The notes under the pieces: model-generated
Database searches by the model: none
What the model was told of the DNA's origin: nothing
The model's input: only the letters and a program-made list of their open reading frames with translations
DNA from: Macrostomum lignano
Taxonomy: Eukaryota
Direction of reading: 5' to 3'
NCBI GenBank assembly: GCA_002269645.1
Contig: NIVC01000406.1
Location: 322,724 to 386,723 of the forward strand
DNA length: 64,000 nt
Made by a program: the position numbers and the translations under genes
In this document: positions 1-15,035 of the stretch, in pieces
Numbering within the stretch: the first letter of the stretch is position 1
Layout: each line of letters begins with the position of its first letter

Positions 1-989
1 GCCCCGGACACCCTAAACTGACCGGACCCCCGGAGATCCTAAACCATAACACCGGCACCACCGGATTTCCCTGCGCGAAACCGCAGGACCAGCTGCCCGT
101 GGTGATCGCCAGGGGTTAGCGGAATGGGCTTTGACGCCCCCCCGGTATCCGGATGCCCGGAGTTCCCTGCAGCTGAATCATGTAAGCCAAGAAACCAAGC
201 TTTTCTCCTTTTTGCATCATTTCCTGTAAAACGACTGCATTGTTTGGAGGCAATGTTCACTCTAATCTTTTTAATCTAACCCGGACCGTGAGACTATAGC
301 TACTAGTGACAATACACAAAAACTAACAAGTACATTGAGCAGCATAAAAACTATTTTAAGACAAAATTTTAAGCCTAAGAAGTCGATGACATTGGCGCGC
401 TTCTGTTAGCATTGATTCGCAGGCCGTCCGCTTCTTTGGACACACCAGAAAACAGTCGGAGTTGCTTCAACGTAGGTTCGTAGCTGGCTGATCAAAAGCT
501 CCTGCTTTTACAGGATACTCAAGCAGCCAATCTACGAGCGACTTGAACCACAATTTCGCAGATTGGAATAGCGGAGGGCTTTATGGGACGTTGTAATAAT
601 GACTCACAGCCGCAATGCTGCTGGTTCTGGTTTGGCTTAAAATACTAATGCACTGAGACAGATCTAGCAAACAGAGTCCAGATACACGCATTTCAGAGGA
701 TTGGTTGGACGCCATGTTTCTTATCTGTGCAAGTCGAGGTGTTTTAATTCATTTCACCTTTTTCCAGCCGTGCACGCCTCGGTCGAATCATTATCACATT
801 GCTAACCCGAACCGGCGGTTGCGTATGGAATTGCATAAAATCATAGATAGACTCGGTTAGCCTTTCTTCCAACCCTTCCAGTTTGCAGTTGGTCAGCATA
901 AGATCCACATTGATCTACGCTCATAACTACAAAAAATTCTCTGTAATTTGCAAAGCGTTGGATTCCGGAAGAGAGACCTAAGTCTCAAA

Positions 990-2117
990 ATGAAGATATC
1001 AATTTTATACTTTCTTTTGCTTCTCCTATGCAGCGATGCCAATGGCAATCCTCAACTCGGGGTTGCAGCTGGTACAGAATTTGAAGCTGGTATTACGGTT
1101 GAAGCAGGACAAGCAACAATGGACTCTACAGTGGAAGAAACAACACAGGAAACTGAAACGGAATCAACACAATTCGTCGATTCTTCGCCAAAAAGTACAG
1201 ACAGCAATTCAATCTCGCCGACAACTACAACCAGCGAGTCAATCTTGCCGACAACTACAGTCAGCGAGTCAATCTCGCCGACAACTACAACCAGCGAGTC
1301 AATCTCGCCGACAACTACAACCAGCGAGTCAATCTTGCCGACAACTACAACCAGCGAGTCAATATCGCCGACAACTACAGTCAGTGAGTCAATCTCACCG
1401 ACAACTACAACCAGCGAGTCAATATCGCCGACAACTACAACCAGCGAGTCAATCTCACCGACAACTACAACCAGCGAGTCAATCTCACCGACAACTACAA
1501 CCAGCGAGTCAATCTCACCGAAAACTACAACCAGCGAATCAATCTCACCGACAACTACAACCAGCGAGTCAATCTCACCGACAACTACAACCAGCGAGTC
1601 AATCTCACCGACAACTACAACCAGCGAGTCAATCTCACCGACAACTACAACCAGCGAGTCAATCTCACCGACAACTACAACCAGCGAGTCAATCTCACCG
1701 ACAACTACAACCAGACAGCCAACTCAAGGGACAAGCTCTGCTGACACAGCAACCACGGGCCCAGACGCAGGTGGAGGCGGTGGCATCCTGACGCCCAGTC
1801 AGCTAGCGGCTGTAGTTCTTGGATCGGTGCTGGTCCTCTCAGTCATCTTCGGCGTAGCGGTTGTGGTGATCCGCCGCCGCCGAAGCGAGGCCCGCTTCCG
1901 ACGACTCCGCTGCGCCGGCTACTTCGACGAAGAGGACGACGGCATAGTCGGACTTGGCGGCAGCGATCCGCCGTTGCCGCGAGTGCTGTTCGACGACCAG
2001 GGGATTAGCTTCTCGACAAGAGCGCCTGCATCGGGGAACGCGCCGACGGTTGCAACTCCAGGTATTCAGCAACAGTCGACAGCTAACGAATCATCACTGA
2101 TTGACTTCAGCGACTAA
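990..2117 (+). CDS. Mucin-like single-pass type I membrane protein, 375 aa, intronless
   Basis: True ATG at 990 (the ORF track starts at TTG 948). It has a signal peptide MKISILYFLLLLLCSDANG, a Ser/Thr-rich ectodomain with 17 SISPTTTTSE repeats, a TM helix LAAVVLGSVLVLSVIFGVAVVVI, an RRRR stop-transfer and an ~80-aa tail. Stop TAA 2115-2117. Confidence 0.85.
   Translation: MKISILYFLLLLLCSDANGNPQLGVAAGTEFEAGITVEAGQATMDSTVEETTQETETESTQFVDSSPKSTDSNSISPTTTTSESILPTTTVSESISPTTTTSESISPTTTTSESILPTTTTSESISPTTTVSESISPTTTTSESISPTTTTSESISPTTTTSESISPTTTTSESISPKTTTSESISPTTTTSESISPTTTTSESISPTTTTSESISPTTTTSESISPTTTTSESISPTTTTRQPTQGTSSADTATTGPDAGGGGGILTPSQLAAVVLGSVLVLSVIFGVAVVVIRRRRSEARFRRLRCAGYFDEEDDGIVGLGGSDPPLPRVLFDDQGISFSTRAPASGNAPTVATPGIQQQSTANESSLIDFSD
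1209..1712 (+). repeat. Coding 30-bp tandem repeat (~17 copies)
   Basis: Unit tcaatctcgccgacaactacaaccagcgag encodes SISPTTTTSE. Confidence 0.95.
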
Positions 2118-3044
2118 GCTGACTCGCTACGCTCGTTATGCTTTGCTTGATTCATCACATCCGCATGGTAACTGGGGCGGTTTTTATCCCTACTTCGCTG
2201 ACTGATTTCGCTCACATATATGAGCACCAATGCTGAGGAGGCCTATTATTTGCATAGTAATGTATTATATTATTCATCTGCGAGCTTAGATAATCGAACT
2301 GATTGACTAACTTCCCGTTAATTATGATTTCCGTCCCGCTTTTTCTGGCCACTATAGAAACTTCATCAGTTGAAAAATCTTTTTTGGCACAAATCAGACA
2401 AGGACCTGTTCAAAATATTCTGAATCCCAATGCTTAATATCGCTATAATTTCTATTTTCCTTGTAATAAGAGTCTTCAAAATGATTTTCTAAAGACACTA
2501 AAGTCTGCTATGCATTCGCTCGCTTGCTTGTGAGTAGAGTAGTTCGGGTTTTTACGGATTTAATTACTTTTCAACCAAGTTGGACACGAAAATTGAAAAA
2601 TAAAAGGCAGAGGATAGTTTAGGTGCTTTGGTTTCTTGCATTAAAAAGGAAAATTGGTTTAGTGATGCTGTGGCGGTGGCAGAAGTACTGTACAGGACTA
2701 TCATTGGTCCACGAAAGGGACGCTTTGTTTACAAGCGAAAATATGGGGTTTAGCAGTGATGGCTACAGGCAAATTCAGTTGGTAGTGCTGATGGAGCCAG
2801 CGATGCACAGACTGTGATTATTAGTAAAGAGTTCAGAACCTGCCAATACAGGAATGATGAGACGGCTGTCGTTCGCGACTCATTTCATAAATATACTGTG
2901 AAACACAGTGATGTATTGGACATGTAAAGCTGAATTGGCTATAAGTTACAATGCACTGATGCGAGAAGAGTTGTTGCACCTGGCGCGGAATCAAGCTTGA
3001 CTATTTTGACCCAAAACTAGTACACTCTCCTGCACTGAATCATG

Positions 3045-3680
3045 CTTCAAAACTGGTACATCCTCCTGCACTGACTCATGCTCCAAAACTGGTACACTCC
3101 TGCACTGACTCATGCTCCAAAACTGGTACATCCTCCTGCACTGACTCATGCTCCAAAACTGGTACATCCTCCTGCACTGACTCATGCTCCAAAACTGGTA
3201 CATCCTGCACTGATTCATGCTCCAAAACTGGTACATCCTCCTGCACTGACTCATGCTCCAAAACTGGTACATCCTGCACTGATTCATGCTCCAAAACTGG
3301 TACATCCTCCTGCACTGACTCATGCTCCAAAACTGGTACATCCTGCACTGATTCATGCTCCAAAACTGGTACATCCTCCTGCACTGACTCATGCTCCAAA
3401 ACTGGTACATCCTGCACTGATTCATGCTCCAAAACTGGTACATCCTCCTGCACTGACTCATGCTCCAAAACTGGTACATCCTGCACTGATTCATGCTCCA
3501 AAACTGGTACATCCTCCTGCACTGATTCATGCTCCAAAACTGGTACATCCTCCTGCACTGACTCATGCTCCAAAACTGGTACATCCTGCACTGATTCATG
3601 CTCCAAAACTGGTATATCCTCCTGCACTGACTAATACTCCAAAACTGGTACATCCTGCACTGACTCATGCTCTGACTCAT
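3045..3680. repeat. Minisatellite of mixed 36- and 33-bp units
   Basis: Unit cctcctgcactgactcatgctccaaaactggtacat alternates with a 3-bp shorter variant. It lies between two convergent genes. Confidence 0.95.
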
Positions 3681-3779
3681 GGTCACTGATTCAAGCTCAT
3701 GAAGGGACTTTTTGGTGTCGCTTTTAACAAATAAATCTTTTCGGCCCCAGGGGGAACTCAATTACAAGTCTTTGCTGCA

Positions 3780-7988
<4,209 letters not shown>

Positions 7989-8144
7989 GGCTGCGGCGTG
8001 GCTGACGGGCAGATGCACTTTAGTTGCCTGAGTAACGAAGAGCAACGATGTGCGGATTTAGGGCACACACAGGCCTGATGTGCAGCTAATGCAGTGTTAG
8101 CATTTTTGGGGAGTTGCGGCTCTCGCCTTGTATACCCGGTCAGG

Positions 8145-8310
8145 GTGACAATCGCCCATTCCGCTGGCTCCTGAGCACATTCAAGCGCGCGGATACTCAA
8201 GACAGTCACACACAGAGTGTACTGCGGCCCTGACTTTCTAACCATCAGGCATGTACAGTCTCTGTGCCTTAAGGGCTGGCCCCCCATGGGTGTGATTCGC
8301 ACGCAACTTA
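8145..8310 (-). mobile_element. SINE-like dispersed repeat fragment (family 2)
   Basis: Aligns by eye with 40085-40240 (e.g. ccctgactttctaaccatcaggcatgt...tctgtgcct...atgggtgtgattcgcacg vs ccctgagtctctaatcgtcaggaatgt...tctgtgcct...atgggtgtgaatcgcacg). Confidence 0.55.
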
Positions 8311-8904
8311 ACCCCTAGCCAGTCTTTCGTACACGATAGCCCCAACTGAATGCGGGGTCCAGGGGTCGTGGCTTGGCTGCAACGCTTAGCCCCACCACCT
8401 TAGTCTGCACTGGCGCTAAAGTGCCAATTGAAAATCGGTTGAATGCCCAGATATGAAGAATTAGAAGATGGAGGACTGAAAAGTGGCTTCGGCGTATTTT
8501 TTTCCTACACCAAAAGCAAGCAGATTCCCAATCCCCAGTCAGTTGAGCTCTCAGAATGGAGGGGAGAGCGGGAAGATGGGAAGCGAAAGCGAGCAGCGAT
8601 TTTGGGAAGCAAAAGTGGAAGGCAGAACTCTGATCCTCCCAGCCTTCCCTTCGCCTGCATGCACCCCGCTCTATGCCCGGTTCAGCCATTGCACTGCAGT
8701 CGCTCATGCGCAAGCGCACTTGGCCCAGCGGCTGCAGACCTGCCTAACTTGTGTGCACTTTCCGGACCAGGTTGAATGCGACTTGCCAATTTTGCCGAGA
8801 TGGTTAAGCTTGGCAGTTCCCGAGCTGGCTGCGCTGCTCCTTTCTGTGAGGCCCTGCCCCTAAAATCAGGTCTTATCGGCTTCCTTTGCCTCAGTGCCAG
8901 TCGA

Positions 8905-9760
8905 TCTCAAGTCTCCTCAGCCTACCTCTCAGCCTACCTTTCAGCCTCCCCTCTCAGCCTACCTCTCAGTCTCCCCTCCCAGGCCTACCTCTCAGTCTCC
9001 CTCCCAGGCCTACCTCCCAGGCCTACCTCTCAGTCTCCCTCCCAGTCTCCCTCCCAGTCTCCCTCGCAGGCCTACCTCTCATTCTCATTCCCAGGCCTAC
9101 CTCTCAGCCTCCCTCTCAGTCTCCTCTCAGTCTCCCTCCCAGGCCTACCTCTCAGCCTCCCTCTCAGTCTCCTCTCAGTCTCCCTCCCAGGCCTACCTCT
9201 CAGCCTCCCTCTCAGTCTCCTCTCAGTCTCCCTCTCAGTCTCCTCTCAGTCTCCTCTCAGTCTCCTCTCAGTCTCCCTCTCAGTCTCCCTCTCAGTCTCC
9301 CTCTCAGTCTCCCTCTCAGTCTCCCTCAGTCTCCCTCCCAGGCCTAACTCTCAGTCTGTCTCAGTCTACTTCCTACGCTACCTCTTAGCCTCCCGCTTAG
9401 TCTCTCTCCCAGTCTCCTCTCAGTCTCCTCTCAGTCTCCCTCTCAGTCTCCCTCTCAGTCTGCCTCGCAGGCCTACCTCTCAGTCTCCTCTCAGTCTCCT
9501 CTCAGTCTCCTCTCAGTCTCCTCTCAGTCTCCCTCTCAGTCTCCCTCTCAGTCTCCCTCTCAGTCTCCCTCAGTCTCCCTCTCAGTCTCCCTCAGTCTCC
9601 CTCCCAGGCCTAACTCTCAGTCTCTCTCAGTCTACTTCCTACGCTACCTCTTAGCCTCCCGCTTAGTCTCTCTCTCAGTCTCCCTCTCAGTCTCCCTGCT
9701 ACGCTACTCCCAGTCTCTCTCTCTCTCTCTTTCAGTCTCCTCAGTCTCTCTCTCAGCCTC
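8905..9760. repeat. Pyrimidine-rich degenerate ~12-bp satellite (ctctcagtctcc)
   Basis: Directly visible, with an internal higher-order duplication. Confidence 0.9.
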
Positions 9761-10197
9761 CCTCAGGCTCAGCCTGTTAGATCAACAAGCCACCAAAAGC
9801 GAAGCCCGAGCTCCCAGGCTCACCTGCTGTTGGGCTGTCGTCCCAGTTGCGCGGATCGGCTCTGCCTGGCAGCGGTTGTCTGTCGCTCGCAGCGGTGAAT
9901 CGCCGGCTGAATCCCCGGCCAGCTTCGGGCCGAGAGCGCGAGAGCTTTGCAGCCGGGCAGAGTGCGGTCGGGCAGAGGGGGTCGCCGGGTCCCCCGAGCT
10001 GGACGCGAAGGGACGTATCAGGCCACCGTCCATTGGAGTGGAGGAGCGCACTCTGCTGCCCGCCTCCCTTACCCCCACTCTGCCCGGATGCGCCTCCTCC
10101 TCATTCCAGCGATATCCCTCCCCAGCCAGTCTGCTTTCAGCCGCTTTGCCTGTCTTGAAACTGCCGGTTTGTGCTGCTAGTTGCAAGGCTAGTTAAG

Positions 10198-10876
<679 letters not shown>

Positions 10877-11545
10877 ATGTCACACGAGCCGGAACCGTGT
10901 TCATTATGCGTGTCTCTCCGCATCCCCCAGGAGAGATCCTGGAGCCTGAGTCACCGGATTCATCCGCCATTTCCAAGTCACCCCTGGGTCTCTCCCAGGC
11001 CTATAATCAAAGTCCAGCTTGTAAGCAACAGAGTAAAAAAGTATCACTTTGTTTACAAAGTTTTCCGCGCATATTCTGCGCCATTCCGCTCCTTCTGCCA
11101 CTTTGATGTGGGCACTGCGGCTGCGGTTTGAGCGCCGCAGAGCCGGCCGGATCAGCTCATTAATGAGGCACGCGTGGGGCAGTTTCGAGACGGGGATAAT
11201 GGACTGAGTAAGGCTCCAGGCAGGGGTGGAGGGGCCGGCGCAGGGCGACAGAAGCTGTTCTGCTTGCGTCACCCCGCCTCCAAGCTGTTTATAAAATCAA
11301 CGAAGCGGCCGCTGCCAAAAAAGGATTTGAAGAGATTTTGGGGCAAGGGAGATTGCAAGGGGAGAGAGGTTGAAGGAAGGAAAAGAGGAAGATGGAAAGC
11401 GGGAGAAGGAGAGAGGTTGAGATAGAGGGGGGAAAGGGGAGAGGTAGAAAGGAGAGTGATAGAGGGAAATGGGAGAGGGAGAGGGGGAGAGTGAGAGGAA
11501 GAGAAGAGAGGGAGATGGCACTGTCTAATCAGTTAAAAAGGGCAA

Positions 11546-12150
11546 GCAGTGAGAGGTGGGCAAGCAGTGAGAGGTGGGCAAGCAGTGAGAGGTGGGCAAG
11601 CAGTGAGAGGTGGGCAAGAAGTGAGAGGTGGGCAAGCAGTGAGAGGTGGGCAAGCAGTGAGAGGTGGGCAAGAAGTGAGAGGTGGGCAAGAAGTGAGAGG
11701 TGGGCAAGAAGTGAGAGGTGGGCAAGAAGTGAGAGGTGGGCAAGAAGTGAGAGGTGGGCAAGAAGTGAGAGGTGGGCAAGAAGTGAGAGGTGGACAAGCA
11801 GTGAGAGGTGGACAAGCAGTGAGAGGTGGGCAAGAAGTGAGAGGTGGGCAAGAAGTGAGAGGTGGGCAAGAAGTGAGAGGTGGGCAAGCAGTGAGAGGTG
11901 GGCAAGCAGTGAGAGGTGGGCAAGAAGTGAGAGGTGGGCAAGAAGTGAGAGGTGGGCAAGAAGTGAGAGGTGGGCAAGAAGTGAGAGGTGGGCAAGAAGT
12001 GAGAGGTGGGCAAGAAGTGAGAGGTGGGCAAGAAGTGAGAGGTGGGCAAGCAGTGAGAGGTGGGCAAGCAGTGAGAGGTGGGCAAGAAGTGAGAGGTGGG
12101 CAAGAAGTGAGAGGTGGGCAAGCTGTGAGAGGTGGTCAAGAAGTGAGAGG
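11546..12150. repeat. 18-bp purine-rich minisatellite
   Basis: Unit gcaagcagtgagaggtgg / gcaagaagtgagaggtgg, ~33 copies. Confidence 0.95.
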
Positions 12151-13207
12151 TATGCCAGAGATCATAGAATGAGGAAGAGATGAGCTAGGTGAGAGTGGGG
12201 AAAGCTCCAATATCTTGGATTAGTACAAATCGGTACAAATCCGTGATAACACGCGCGCATGTCGGACACTCAGTTTCCAGGCCAGCTGGTTGAAGACCAT
12301 CAAGCCTCCGAGTTGACGGACGAGCAAGCTGTAGAGCAGGAGAGGGTTGGGAATGTAAAAGCAGCAAGGAATCCAGAGTGGATCGATAGAACCAGCATAG
12401 AAGTTTCCTCAGCCTCCGTTCCTGTGCTAAAATACAAAACCTTTTAGGTCATTTCTCACAAATTTGACAGCAATCGGGAGCTGCCGTTTCTTAGAATCTC
12501 GCCCTGGCTGGCTTTTTCCTGGGAGATTTTTGGGTCTTCCAGGCTCTCCTTTAGAACAGTCGGTAATTAAATACGGAATGGGCGAAGATGTGCGAGGGAA
12601 AGGGGGAGAGAGGGAGAGGGGAGAGGGGAGGTGGGGAGGTGGGAAAACGCAGGACAATGGAGATAAAAGGTTCAACTGAGGAGATTAGCTGAAGGTGAAG
12701 CCCAGTGTTTATCCACAGCTCGGGGGGCAAGGCTGAGCATTGCAGGCAGTGAGCACGCACTGATGCCGTGGCGAGCACAGTTTGAGAAGTCACAATTGGC
12801 TGGAGGCAGAGTAAACAGACCCGGCACAGGCCGCTGACCGAGAGACCGGATGGCAGCTGCACCGTTAATAAGCAGGCAATATTGCGGAGGACAGGCGCAA
12901 AGGGATGCAGTACATCTTGGAGAGGCTGGACCGAGTGCAAAATTGCTCAAGGAAAGATGAGATGCTATCTCATTTCAGAATTATAAGGCTAAGACTCAGT
13001 GGTGAATACGCTAGATATAGTGATGAGATGTAGGCCCAACCGGGAGTGAAGGTGACTGTTCGGGCAGCTGCACCATTATTCACAATGAACTGAGGCATTG
13101 CAAGCCATTTCTCTCTGGCTGGTGGCTGGGAGGAGTGCCAGAGAGAGGCAGAGGGTGGAGGGAGCGGCAATGGCAAAGGGGGCAGAGGGCAGAGGGAGGA
13201 CCAGATT

Positions 13208-13378
13208 CCCTCTGCTCCTCCCTCTGCTCCTCCCTCTGCTCTTCCCTCTGCTCCTCCCTCTGCTCCTTCCTCTGCTCCTCCCTCTGCAGAGGGAGGAGAT
13301 AGATAGATAGAGCAGGTGCCTACAAGGAGCAGAGGGAGGAGCAGAGGGAGGAGCAGAGGGAGGAGCAGAGGGAGGGGC
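13208..13378. repeat. Inverted (fold-back) 12-bp repeat array
   Basis: (ccctctgctcct)n at 13208-13287 faces its reverse complement (aggagcagaggg)n at 13325-13378. Confidence 0.85.
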
Positions 13379-13744
13379 AGCTGATTGCAGTTAGCAACTG
13401 TTGCGGAGAGAAGCGTGCCCCGGGGAAATTTCCGCAGTCTTTATTATTAACATAAAGTAGCTCATGGATTAGGCCGGCAGCTGTGAAGGCCACAGCGAAC
13501 TACGAGAAGCTGTTTACCTGATGTCGGGAGCATTTATCCGACCCTAAGCTCGCCGTTGTAGCGGCTGTCCGAGCAAATGCGAGGCGAAGGCCAGAGTTTG
13601 TGGCCAACTTAAGAATCGAAACGCCCGGGGATGAGCTCTCTGTGCTCAGGAAGCAATTTGTTTGGCAAGCTTTGTGCTTATCTGTGCTTATCAGAATACA
13701 GATAAAACCGGTGATCGGCAACACCTTAGTAGCTTTGACGCCAC

Positions 13745-14610
13745 CTAATTAGCCTTGTCGGTGCCACCTAATTAGCCTTGGTGCCACCTAATTAATCTTT
13801 TTGGCGCCACCTAATTAGCCTTGGCGCCAACTAAATAGCCTTGGCTGCACCTAATCAGCATTGGCACCACCTGATTAGCATTGGCGCCACCTAATTAGCA
13901 TTGGCACCACCTGATTGGCCTTGGCGCCAACTAATTAGCCTTGGCGCCAACTAATTAGCCTCGGCGCCACCTAAGTAGCCTCGGCGCCACCTAATTAGCC
14001 TTGGCGCCAACTAATTAGCCTCGGTGCCACCTAAGTAGCCTCGGCGCCACCTAATTAGCCTTGGCGCCAACTAATTAGCCTCGGCGCCACCTAATTAGCC
14101 TTGGCGCCACCTAATTAGCCTTTGCGCCAACTAATTAGCCTTTGCGCCAACTAATTAGCCTTTGCGCCAACTAATTAGCCTTGGCGTCAACTAATTAGCC
14201 TTGGCGCCACCTGATTAGCCTGGGAGCCAACTAATTGGCATTGGCACCACCTAATTAGCCTTGGCGCCAACTAATTAGTCTTGGCGCCAACTAATAGGCA
14301 GCCACCTAATTAGCCTTGGCGCCAACTAATTAGCCTTGGCGCCACCTAATTAGTCTTGGCGCCAACTAATTGGCAGCCACCTAATTAGCCTTGGCGCCAC
14401 CTAATTAGCCTTGGCGTCAACTAATTAGCCTTGGCGCCACCTAATTAGCCTTGGAGCCAACTAATTGGCATTGGCACCACCTAATTAGCCTTGTTGGCGC
14501 CAATTAATTAGCCTTGTTGGAGCCACCTAATTAGCCTTGGTGCAACCTAATTAGCCTTGGCGCCAACTAATTAGCCTTGGCGCCACCTAATTAGCCTTGG
14601 CGCCACCTAA
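13745..14610. repeat. 20-bp quasi-palindromic minisatellite
   Basis: Unit ttggcgccaactaattagcc / ttggcgccacctaattagcc, ~43 copies. Confidence 0.95.
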
Positions 14611-15035
14611 TCAGCATTGGCGCCATCTAGTTTTTTTCGTCACCCAATTAAATTTATTGCCCTTTTGGTAGCACTGGCGCCCATAAGAATAAATTTCTTT
14701 GCAAACTACTGGCACAGTGTCCCACACTCTCCCCTCCAGCCCCTGAGTACACTCAAAGCCCCTCGTTGGCTTGACAACAGAGTAAGAGAATTCTCAGCAG
14801 CTCACTGAGTTCGCTGCCCCTGGCATCTTGATGAAAGACACCTGCTGAGGAGGGGTAGCCGCTGGCAGTGCAAACTTTTGCACACTGTTCTCCGCTGCGC
14901 ATTGTCGAGTGTACACCCGCCTGCGACTCGGTGGGGTTGTCATAAAACAGACGCCCTGCATTGTCCGAAATGCCCAGTGGTTCAAGTCTTCTTTCTGACA
15001 GGCATCTTGCTGAAATTTTGGCCACTAACTGCAGC

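Noticed and set aside
2991-3761. Long ORFs in several frames (VPVLEHESVQ / PALTHAPKLVH repeats)
   Set aside because: By-products of a stop-free 36/33-bp minisatellite; open on both strands, with no unique flanking coding sequence.
12180-13100. Short ORFs with possible splice sites between the two large arrays
   Set aside because: No homology and no consistent exon chain.
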